A DNA stretch of 64,000 bases from an uncultured Candidatus Saccharibacteria bacterium (lineage in GTDB: Bacteria; Patescibacteriota; Minisyncoccia; Minisyncoccales; Staskawiczbacteraceae): positions 71,489 through 135,488 of the forward strand of contig CAYZNK010000002.1 in NCBI GenBank assembly GCA_964479955.1. Reading direction: 5' to 3'. The position numbers and the translations under genes are program-made. Under the pieces are notes generated by a model, which saw only the letters and a list, made by a program, of their open reading frames with translations, did no database searches and had not been told where the DNA came from. Shown here piece by piece: positions 45,500-54,204 of the stretch (positions within the stretch are counted from its first letter, which is position 1; every line of letters begins with the position of its first letter).

Positions 45500-45823
45500 T
45501 TATTCAACGTATCCGCAAGAGTTTTCAATGGAGTAGTAAAGAGTGATTTCTGCACCCTCCTTGATCTTTTCGTGACAGAATTCTCCTTTGCAAGATAATC
45601 CTTTTATCCTGCAGACCAATTTGAAAAGCTGGAATTTGGTTTCGTCAAAGACGATAGACATCACCTCTGCTGAAATGGCAGTTGACTTCTCCTGATAAGA
45701 CAGGAAGAAAACAGGAAGATTTCCGGGACGCCTTTTAATGAGGGCTTCCCATAAGGGTAGGTTGGTTGGACCGTCTTTGACCAAGATTTTTTCCGTTTCT
45801 ATTTCCAATGCGGCGTTACTCAT
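45500..45823 (-). CDS. orphan hypothetical protein (GC-richer cassette)
   Basis: 107 aa with agggaga 5 nt before the ATG. Terminator gccctgc...gcagggc plus T-run at 45440-45478 (minus strand). Confidence 0.65.
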   Translation of the reverse strand: MSNAALEIETEKILVKDGPTNLPLWEALIKRRPGNLPVFFLSYQEKSTAISAEVMSIVFDETKFQLFKLVCRIKGLSCKGEFCHEKIKEGAEITLYYSIENSCGYVE

Positions 45824-45871
45824 TGCAATCTCCCTAAAGAGCGTGTTTTGTAAATTTACTCCCTATTATTT

Positions 45872-45900
45872 ATTATATCATAATAAAATACCTATGTCAA
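45872..45900 (-). promoter_or_regulatory. consensus sigma70-type promoter of cassette 45500..45823
   Basis: On the minus strand: TTGACA, 17-nt spacer, TATAAT. Confidence 0.65.
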
Positions 45901-45947
45901 ATCTTTCACCATTGAAAAATACTTTTTAAAAATAAACATAAAGAATC

Positions 45948-46760
45948 ATGAATTTATATAATCTAAAGCAAAAATACAGCCAGTATGATGAAGATTCAAT
46001 ATTAAAAGTTTTATATGAAGATAATCATATAATTGCCGTTGTAAAGCCAGCTAGTGTTTTAACGCAAGCTGATGGGTCAGGAGAAAAATGTTTAATGGAC
46101 ATTGTTAAAGATTATTTAAAAGAAAAATATAAAAAACCGGGAAATATTTTTTTGGGATTGGTGCATAGGTTAGACAAGCCGGTGCAGGGGATTGTGCTGT
46201 TTGCAAAAACTTCAAAAGGGGCTTCAAGGCTGTCAGAGCAGTTTAGAAACCACACTATACAAAAAACTTACCACGCTGTTGTTTTTGGCAAGCCAAAAAT
46301 GGACAAGGGAGAAATTAAAGAAAAAATAAATAAAATTTCTTTTTTTGCAGAAGGCTTTGCAGAAAAATCAGATAAAGAGCTTTTGGAAGAAATTAAAAAG
46401 GCAACAAAAACAAGGACAGCTGAGCTTAGCTGGGAAGTTATAAAATGTGGAAAACCCTTCGACACGGCTCAGGGCAAAAGTTGTTACACACTTTTGAAAG
46501 TTTTACCAAAGACCGGAAGGTTTCATCAAATAAGGGTGCAAATGGCAAATATGGGAAACCCTATTTTGGGAGATAGAAAATATATCCCCGATTCTATTAC
46601 CTGCCTGTCCGGCAGGCAGGTGCGACAAACTAAAGATATATGGAAAGATGAAAAATCAATTGCGCTGGCTGCTACGGGAATTGTTTTTAAAACAGCCACA
46701 GGAGATAAACAAATCAGCTTGGAAATTCCTTTACCTGAAGAATGGAAAAAATATATATAG
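45948..46760 (+). CDS. RluA-family pseudouridine synthase
   Basis: HRLDKPVQGIVLFAKT catalytic motif and FHQIRVQM. Carries two GC-rich in-frame inserts. Confidence 0.8.
   Translation: MNLYNLKQKYSQYDEDSILKVLYEDNHIIAVVKPASVLTQADGSGEKCLMDIVKDYLKEKYKKPGNIFLGLVHRLDKPVQGIVLFAKTSKGASRLSEQFRNHTIQKTYHAVVFGKPKMDKGEIKEKINKISFFAEGFAEKSDKELLEEIKKATKTRTAELSWEVIKCGKPFDTAQGKSCYTLLKVLPKTGRFHQIRVQMANMGNPILGDRKYIPDSITCLSGRQVRQTKDIWKDEKSIALAATGIVFKTATGDKQISLEIPLPEEWKKYI
46600..46629 (+). repeat. CCTGCCTG...CAGGCAGG palindromic element, copy inside the RluA-family CDS
   Basis: cctgcctg-tccgg-caggcagg-tgcgacaaa with a 9-bp perfect stem, translated as CLSGRQVRQ. Confidence 0.7.
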
Positions 46761-47001
46761 GTATAGCCAAACGCCTTATATTTCATCTGCTAGTTTGCGG
46801 GATATCAATCCTTCGACACGGCTCAGGATCTCCGCTCGTTGTTGCTCGCTACGAGTTATCCACAGTGTTAAGGGTTGATTTGTTTTTTCAAAATAGGGAT
46901 AATAATATAATATGCAAAAAGGTCGATTTATCCGTTAAATCGCCGAAAGGCATCGGATAATTTAGATTTAATTTGCTTTATCAACTAATATAATAAAAAA
47001 T

Positions 47002-47688
47002 ATGACATATAGTGAATGGTTTTTATCAATTATCCAGCCGTTTTTGCAGGAATTTATATTCTTTTTGGCTAATTTGTTATTAGCTATTATTGTTTTCGTA
47101 ATAGGATATCTGATTTCTGCTGGAATTGGGAAATTGATATCAGAAATATTAAGAAGCCTAAGGTTTAACAAGCTCTTTGAAAAAGAGGGATGGAGAAAGG
47201 CATTGCAAAGGGCAAACATAGAGGTTAACCCTGCCGAATTTATAGGGGCAATTTTCAAATGGATTTTTGTGGTTGTTTCTTTGGCAGTTGCCGTTGATGT
47301 TTTAAACCTTACAATGTTTACAGGGCTTTTGACGCAGGTGATTAATTACTTGCCAAACCTGATTGCAGCCGTATTGGTATTTATTGTTGCAATAATCATT
47401 TCTGATATTATAGAAAAAATTGTCAGGATTACAGTTGAAAGATTAAAAGTAAATTATGGATATGTTGCTTCGTCAATTGTAAAATGGGCAATTTGGGTTT
47501 TTGCTTTTTTCTTGATATTGGACAGCCTTTTGCCTGCATCTCTTTTGGTTAAAACCTTGTATACCGGAATAGTTTACGGAGTAATAGGAGCTTTGGCATT
47601 AGGCATTGGATTGGCAATTGGACTGGGCGGAAAGGAAACTGCCGCAAAAATTATTTCAGAAATGCACAGAAGGTTTGAAGAAAGATAA
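47002..47688 (+). CDS. membrane protein with TM-helix repeats (mechanosensitive-channel-related pattern)
   Basis: 228 aa with 5-6 TMs. Tentative family call. Confidence 0.45.
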   Translation: MTYSEWFLSIIQPFLQEFIFFLANLLLAIIVFVIGYLISAGIGKLISEILRSLRFNKLFEKEGWRKALQRANIEVNPAEFIGAIFKWIFVVVSLAVAVDVLNLTMFTGLLTQVINYLPNLIAAVLVFIVAIIISDIIEKIVRITVERLKVNYGYVASSIVKWAIWVFAFFLILDSLLPASLLVKTLYTGIVYGVIGALALGIGLAIGLGGKETAAKIISEMHRRFEER

Positions 47689-47921
47689 AACATAGATATT
47701 TGACTGCCTCATTATTTTGAGGCTTATAAAAGATAAACGCTCTCCTTAAAGATTTTGGAGAGTGAAACAAAAAGACGCGTACGTACCGCGCCTTTTTGTT
47801 TATATCCATACTACATTTTATTGTGCGATAGCTGTCAAATTCATTTAGAATTTTGAAAACAAAAAGAGAGCTGGTCAGTGCTCTTATTGTTTAACGACCG
47901 GCAACTTACTGTCGCCTTGAT

Positions 47922-48068
47922 TTAATCAGGAAGTAAAGCGCCGCACCTGTTGCAGGAATGCAACACTCGGCCGTACTTATATCGATGGGGGATTGGCGTG
48001 TGGTATCCGCCATTGGGACAGCCACAAAGCCATACAACACGAATGTACTCCCAAATCTTTTTTAGCAT
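47922..48068 (-). CDS. orphan 48-aa zinc-ribbon-like peptide (GC-richer cassette)
   Basis: Own translation: MLKKIWEYIRVVWLCGCPNGGYHTPIPHRYKYGRVLHSCNRCGALLPD*. aaaggaaaa lies upstream. Minus-strand terminator is agagc-actgacca-gctct plus T-run. Below the ORF-track size cutoff. Confidence 0.4.
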   Translation of the reverse strand: MLKKIWEYIRVVWLCGCPNGGYHTPIPHRYKYGRVLHSCNRCGALLPD

Positions 48069-48345
48069 GGCAGTTTTTCCTTTCTTGTTATAGAAAATTT
48101 GACTCGCCGATATGTGGTTGGTAGATTAACTACTATTAAGTTAATAATATCATATATAAAATACTTTGTCAATAGTAAATTTAAGATTGAGAAAGATTAA
48201 AAATTTAAAATTCCGACTGAACACAGCGGGGGCGGTTTGGCTATTGAGTCTTCACCATTTGTAACGGAGAACTTGCGATAGGTGTTTAAACAAACCTTGT
48301 AAATAGCAATACCATAGATTTTTTTCATTGGGAAATGGTGAAGAC

Positions 48346-48374
48346 TTGACAGGGGTTTAAAAATAAATTAAGAT
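48346..48374 (+). promoter_or_regulatory. 23S-5S rRNA promoter
   Basis: TTGACA, 17-nt spacer, TAAGAT. The right arm of a 14-bp inverted repeat abuts the -35 element. Confidence 0.55.
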
Positions 48375-49020
48375 ATAATTACATGATGAAAAAACAAACC
48401 AATAAATTTAACAAAACAAGCGGATGATTGTCTGACTTTTTGTGTTAGTAGATGACCGCTTGAATAAGCGGTTTTAAATTTATTGAAAATCAGTTTGCCG
48501 GCGATTGAAAATATAAATTGTTTTCAGCCGCGGGTTAATTGATTGAAGCGGAAGCAAAGATTGCTTTTTGAAAATTTAACCCTGTTAAATGTTTTAAATA
48601 ACAAATTGCCTACCAGCAATTTTTAACAGGTTCTTCCCAATTAATTTTAGACATGGGGTCTTTTTAATTGGGGAAAGTAGGTAAGTCCTGTTAAAATTTT
48701 AACAGGATAAAGCATAAAATTAAGTTCACATTTGCGTTGATGATTCAGCGCAAAAAAGTAAACTTACGCAAAAAGATAAGCTTAACAATTAAGTTTATCG
48801 AAGGATAGGTTATAAGCGAATGGCGGATGCCTTGGGATATTGATGCGATGAAGGACGTGGCGTGCCTGCGATAAGCATCGGGGAGGTGGCTAGCAACCTT
48901 TGATCCGGTGATTTCCGAATGGGAAAACCTTATTGTGTTAATCCACAATAACCCCGCCTTGGCGGGGAGCGTACCCGGTGAAGTGAAACATCTCAGTAGC
49001 CGGAGGAAAAGAGAACAAAA

Positions 49021-49289
49021 GTCCTACAACTTACAAATTTTATCAATTTAGCGAAGCGAATTTTGAGACAAATTCGCGACGCGAGGAGCAGTGCGTGCCA
49101 AGTGGCACGAGAGCGACGAAGCAACAAAGAATTTGGCCAAAATTCGTTCGCCCGAAGGGAAACGAAAAAAATGGCTGATTTCTTTGTTGCAACTTCGTTA
49201 ACGTAGTTAACACTATGTTTCCTCGTTGCGCCTCGAAATCATCACATTTTTTCGTTTCTAAATATGACGAAATTTGTAAGTTGTAGGAC
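49021..49289 (+). other. 23S insertion sequence 1 (IVS-like), closed by a 20-bp perfect helix
   Basis: gtcctacaacttacaaattt (49021-40) pairs with aaatttgtaagttgtaggac (49270-89). It lies between GAGGAAAAGA and AGTAGTGGCGAGCGAA. Confidence 0.75.
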
Positions 49290-49346
49290 AAGTTATATCC
49301 TTAGTAGTGGCGAGCGAAAAGGATACAGCCTAAACTAATTTTTTTA

Positions 49347-49505
49347 CACCGCTACTTTTTGATAATTTTCGTAACGAAATAAAATAATTTTGCGCGAGAA
49401 TTTGGAAATGCAAGGAGGTTTGCCAAGTGGCAAGCCGACGAGCAGTTACAAATTTGTAGCCGAAATTATTAATTGCAGTAGAAAAGTTATCAGAAAGTAG
49501 CGGTG
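49347..49505 (+). other. 23S insertion sequence 2 (IVS-like), closed by a 19-bp helix
   Basis: caccgctactttttgataa pairs with ttatcagaaagtagcggtg (one G-U pair). It shares a gccaagtggca...cgacga.gca block with insertion 1. Confidence 0.7.
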
Positions 49506-49861
49506 AAATTAGGGTTGTAAGGTTGTAGCGTCAGGAGCGTTATTTATTCTTCGTATAGTCGAAGAACGAATAATGCTTGCTGAGAGAGAAAATTTAGATA
49601 AAGGTTTTAATAGAAGCACTCTGGAAAGAGGCGCCATAGAAGGTAATAGCCCTGTATATAAAAAAACTATTTATGCTCTTTGCTATGATACTTGAGTACT
49701 GTCGGGCATGATAACCTGGCAGGAATCTACCGGAACTATCCGGTAAGGCTAAATAATCAATATCACCGATAGTGAACCAGTACCGTGAGGGAAAGGTGAA
49801 AAGCAGGGGGTTGACCCCGATGAAATAGTACCTGAAACCATTTGCTTACAAAGAGTCGGAG

Positions 49862-49943
49862 GTCTTCACCTTTTGGGTGTTGAGTTTAATTGTGGAACAA
49901 AACAATTTCCACAAAAATAATTTGACCTTCAAAAGGTGAAGAC
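49862..49943 (+). other. 23S insertion sequence 3 in the helix-25 region
   Basis: gtcttcacctttt pairs with aaaaggtgaagac, a 13-bp perfect stem. Confidence 0.7.
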
Positions 49944-50586
49944 TGACGGCGTGCTTTTTGTAGAACGAGCCAACGAGTTTGAATAATCAATAGTCTAAGC
50001 CCTTACGGGGCGGAGGCACAGCGAAAGCGAGTGTTAAAAGCGCGAAAAATTATATTGGTTGTTCAAGACCCGAAGCCAGACGAGCTTACCGCGAGCAGGA
50101 TGAACCCGGGCGAAAGCCAGGGGGAGGTCCGAACCAGTGAGTCGTGCAATTCTCTTGGATGACTTGTGGTAAGGAGTGAAAAGCTAATCGAGTTTGGTAA
50201 TAGCTGGTTCTTCCCGAAACAGCTTTGGGGCTGGCGTGTACAAACTATTTTCCGGGGGTAGAGCACTGAATAGAATTCCGTGGAGTTTCTCCAGGTCTTC
50301 TAATCAAACTCCGAATACCGGAAAAACTATGTATGCAGTAAGAACGCGGGGGCTAAGCTCCGCGCTCAAAACGGAAACAGCCGAGATCATCGTCTAAGGT
50401 CCCTAAATTAGGCTAAGTGCTAAGAAGGAGGTATTTTACCCTTGACAGGCAGAAAGTTAGCTTAGAGGTAGCTATCTTTTAAAGAGTGTGTAACAACCCA
50501 CTGCCCAAACTTTCCCGCTTGCGGGAGAGAGGGGTGAGATGCGCCAAAGATTTCCGGGGCTAAAGTCTAATACCGAAGACATGGAT

Positions 50587-50712
50587 TCATTCGCATCACA
50601 CTGCGTGTGATGTTAAATGACCAAAAACCAAAAACCAAAAATATTTAATATTTTGGGATTTGAGAATTGGAATTTGGGAATTTAAGCATCGTGCGAAGCG
50701 CGATGCGAGTGA
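50587..50712 (+). other. 23S insertion sequence 4 in the helix-45 region
   Basis: tcattcgcatc pairs with gatgcgagtga. It contains a CA-repeat / UG-repeat hairpin (50621-50683). Confidence 0.65.
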
Positions 50713-51003
50713 GTGGTAGGGAAGCATTCTGAGGGCATTGAAGCAGGAGGGTAACCGACTGTGGAGCGCTCAGAAGAGAGAATGTTGGCCTGAGTAACCG
50801 CATTGCGCGTGAAAGCCGCGCACACCGAAAGTCCAAGGTTTCCTTGGCAATGGTATTCAACCAAGGGTTAGGCGGTCCTAAGGCAAACCTGAAAGGGGTA
50901 GCTGACGGACAGTTGGTTAATATTCCAACCCTTTTTTATCCGTTCAATAAAGTGCGGAATTTAGTAGGTAAAGCGATTTATTGGATTATCGTTGTTAGTC
51001 AGA

Positions 51004-51030
51004 CCTGTCTGCCGTCAGGCAGGCGCAAGA
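51004..51030 (+). repeat. CCTGYCTG...CAGGCAGG palindromic element, copy inside 23S
   Basis: cctgtctg-ccgt-caggcagg-cgcaaga. Confidence 0.6.
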
Positions 51031-51420
51031 ATGGCTAACGGAAGGTCTCTTTATGGGGCTGACTTTACTGAGCAAGTTTCCAAGAAAAGCTTTATTTAAA
51101 TAGGATAAAGAAACCGTACCGTAAACCGACACAGGTGGACAAGCGTAAGTATGCTAAGGTGAACGGGTGAAACCTCGTTAAGGAACTCGGCAAATCAGTG
51201 GCCGTAAGTTCGCAATATGGCCTGCCCGACACGCAAGTGTTTAGGGCTGCAACAAACGTACTTCAACCGACTGTTTATCAAAAACACAGCTCTCTGCTAA
51301 CTCGTAAGAGGATGTATAGGGGGTGAGGCCTGACCAGTGTTGGAATGTTAAGTTTGGGGGTCCAAGCCGCAAGGTTTGGGCTCACTGAATGAAGCACCAA
51401 TGAACGTCGGCGATAACTAT

Positions 51421-52151
51421 AGACTGACGATTGTAGTTATAAAATTTGGCTATATGCTGGAAACTCCGGGTATGTTGAACTACTATCCGTTACTATGATA
51501 AAATATATAGTAATGGAAGTAAAAATGTTTAAACGCGGACAATCAGCAGGAAAGACTTTTGACGAGAAACTCGCTAACTACTTGAGCGGTTTTACTGATG
51601 GCGAAGGAAGCTTCAATATTTCAGTAATTAATCGTGAGAAAGACTATAAACACGGCTGGAAAATCAGCTTGTGTTTCAATATTTCTCAAAAAGATGACAC
51701 AATACCAAGATTATTTAAGGATTTTCTTGATTGCGGTAAAATAAGATACCGCAAAGATGGAATTTGTTATTTTGATGTTAGAAAAACAAAAGATTTAACA
51801 AATATTGTTGTGCCATTCTTTAAAAAATTTCCAGTGCGTTCAAAGAAAAATGAAACTTTTCAGATTTTTTGTGAGGCGTTGGAGATTGTTAAATGTAAAA
51901 AACATTTAACAAAATCCGGAATGAAAAAAATTCTGGATTTGAGAAATAAAATTGTAGTTGGCAGAAAAAGAAAGTATACAAATTCAGAGATACTTTCTAC
52001 TTATAATCAAAAGAATCCTCAGAGACTATACGCCAAACCCCGCTTAGCGGGGAAGATATAGTCCGACCTGCATAGCGATATGCAGAATATAATAGAAATA
52101 TTATATCAAGATACTAAAACTGACTTAATTTAGTATTAGTAACATAAAAAG
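51421..52151 (+). mobile_element. group I intron in the helix-69 loop (after the U equivalent to E. coli U1917)
   Basis: The exon ends ...gataactaT and resumes aatcgtccaaaggtagcg. Intron guide gtagttat (51433-40) pairs with the 8 exon nt ataactat via G-U at the splice site. The intron ends in G and has the core motif aagatatagtccgacc. Confidence 0.8.
51495..52061 (+). CDS. LAGLIDADG homing endonuclease (intron-encoded)
   Basis: YLSGFTDGEGSFNISV motif. The ORF lies inside intron 1 and ends within the core motif. Confidence 0.8.
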   Translation: MIKYIVMEVKMFKRGQSAGKTFDEKLANYLSGFTDGEGSFNISVINREKDYKHGWKISLCFNISQKDDTIPRLFKDFLDCGKIRYRKDGICYFDVRKTKDLTNIVVPFFKKFPVRSKKNETFQIFCEALEIVKCKKHLTKSGMKKILDLRNKIVVGRKRKYTNSEILSTYNQKNPQRLYAKPRLAGKI

Positions 52152-52815
52152 AATCGTCCAAAGGTAGCGTAATCCCTTGCCGGGTAAGTTCCGGCCCGCA
52201 TGAATGGCTTAACGAGTTGAAGACTGTCTCAACGAGGTGCCCGGTGAAAATGCAATAGCAGTGAAGATGCTGCTTACCTGCGGCTAGACGGGAAGACCCC
52301 GGAAGCTTTACTGTAGTTTGATATTGGGTTATGGTTTTTAATGCGTAGCGTAGTGGGGAGGATATGAAACGGCATTTTCGGATGTCGCGGATCCGCCAAT
52401 GAAACACCCATCTTTGGGAATTATAATTCTAATCCACGCCTCAACGGCGGGTGACAGTGTTAAACGGGCAGTTTAAGTGGGGCACTTGCCTCCTAAAAAG
52501 TAATGGAGGCGTTTAAAGGTCAGCTAGCTTCGGATGGAAATCGAAGCGATAGTGTAAAGGCAAAAGCTGGCTTTACTGCAAGACGGCTATGTCACGCAGT
52601 TGCGAAAGCAGAACTTAGTGAACCGACTTGTTTTTATAGAAAACAAGAAGATCATCAGCCAAAAGCTACTCCGGGGATAACAGGCTGGTAGAGCCCGAGC
52701 GTCCATAGCGACGGCTCTGTTCGGCACCTCGATGTCGGCTCAACTTATCCTGGGGCTGGAGCAGGTCCCAAGGGTCCGGCTGTTCGCCGGTTAAAAAGTT
52801 ACGCGAGCTGGGTTC

Positions 52816-52846
<31 letters not shown>

Positions 52847-52884
52847 ACCGCAGGCGTTGAGTTTTGAGGAGATTTGTTCCTAGT

Positions 52885-53667
52885 AAAATTTTGCTACTTC
52901 GTAAAGTAATTTACGATGACAATTCGGCTAATAACGGTGAAACCTTAAAAGTTATGGTTCGTTGATAATCATTATTGAATTCGGTCCAATAATAATGGTA
53001 CAATTAACTTGAGGACCAATAATAATTTAAGGCAATACCGTGGGAAGTCAATCTAAAATAAATTTATCATATATAGCAGGTTTTCTGGACGGAGATGGCA
53101 GTCTTATGTTTCAAATAAAGAAGCGCAAAGATTGCAAATTAAAAAGTAGATTTATGGCAACTGTTTGTTTTTACCAAGACGGTCGCCACGAAAAACCACT
53201 TTTTTGGATCAAAAGAATTCTCGGTATCGGTTTTATTTCCCGTCGTAAAGATGGAATGACCGAACTGAGAATAAATGGCTTTAAACAAGTAAAAGAAATT
53301 TTGCAAAAGTTAATGCCGTTCATTAGATTTAAAAGAGAACAGGCAAAAGCCCTTTATGGAGCTGTTAGTCTTTTAAATCAAAAAGAAACAAGGTTATTAG
53401 ACAAAAAAGATTTACTAAAATTAGTGAATTTTATAATAACCATCCAAAAAAATAATTACATCGCCAGAAAAAAGAAAACCAAAGCAGATATTTTTAAAAT
53501 TTTAGGTCTGACCCCGTAACGACTGATCCTGAGTCCTGAGTTTATTGAAGGACGAAGGAGAGATAGAAGTGAGATATCTTCTATAACATGCCGACTCCCC
53601 AATTCGCCAGTTGGCGAAAGGGAGAAGATATAGTCTATGCACGTGGTGACACGTGGTTTAAAACATG
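52885..53667 (+). mobile_element. group I intron inside the sarcin-ricin loop (after the U equivalent to E. coli U2656)
   Basis: The exon reads ...ttcctagT | intron | ACGAGAGGACCGG. Guide gcta (52893-96) pairs with exon tagt via G-U. The intron ends in G and has the core motif agaagatatagtc. Confidence 0.7.
53040..53519 (+). CDS. LAGLIDADG homing endonuclease (intron-encoded)
   Basis: YIAGFLDGDGSLMFQI motif. 159 aa with a GTG start, inside intron 2. Confidence 0.8.
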   Translation: MGSQSKINLSYIAGFLDGDGSLMFQIKKRKDCKLKSRFMATVCFYQDGRHEKPLFWIKRILGIGFISRRKDGMTELRINGFKQVKEILQKLMPFIRFKREQAKALYGAVSLLNQKETRLLDKKDLLKLVNFIITIQKNNYIARKKKTKADIFKILGLTP

Positions 53668-53985
53668 ACGAGAGGACCGGAATGAACTGACCTCTGGTGT
53701 ACCAGTTGTTCTGCCAAGAGCATCGCTGGGTAGCTAAGTCGGGAATAGATAAGCGCTGAAAGCATATAAGCGCGAAACTAACTCCAAGATGAGAACTCAA
53801 GACCCTTAAAGGTCTAATGATTCCCCGCAGATGACGGGGTTGATAGGCTCCAGGTGTAAGTCCCGTAAGGGATTCAGCCGGGGAGTACTAATAAATCATT
53901 TATCCTTCGATATACTTAGTTTTTAAGTTATCGGGTAAGTTTACAGAACTTAATTTTAAATTTTCAAATCCGGAAATTGAGTTTT

Positions 53986-54098
53986 CCGGTGGCGACTATG
54001 CTGGAGTTGTCCCACCTGATCCCATTCCGAACTCAGAAGTGAAATACTCTAAGGCCGATGGTAGCGCTTATGCGCGAGAGTAGGTAGTTGCCACCAGA
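53986..54098 (+). rRNA. rrf: 5S rRNA
   Basis: ccggtggcgactatgc...cccattccgaactcagaagtgaaa...gtaggtagttgccaccag. Confidence 0.85.
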
Positions 54099-54113
54099 GA
54101 ACTCAATAAAAAA

Positions 54114-54143
54114 AACGCCTTAAAAATCAAGAGCGTTTTTTTT
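54114..54143 (+). terminator. terminator of the 23S-5S unit
   Basis: aacgc-cttaaaaatcaaga-gcgtt plus T8. Confidence 0.6.
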
Positions 54144-54204
54144 GTTGCATATTAAAAGATGTTGATGTAAAATAACTTTGATTACCTTAAATTGTTTTTA
54201 TCAA

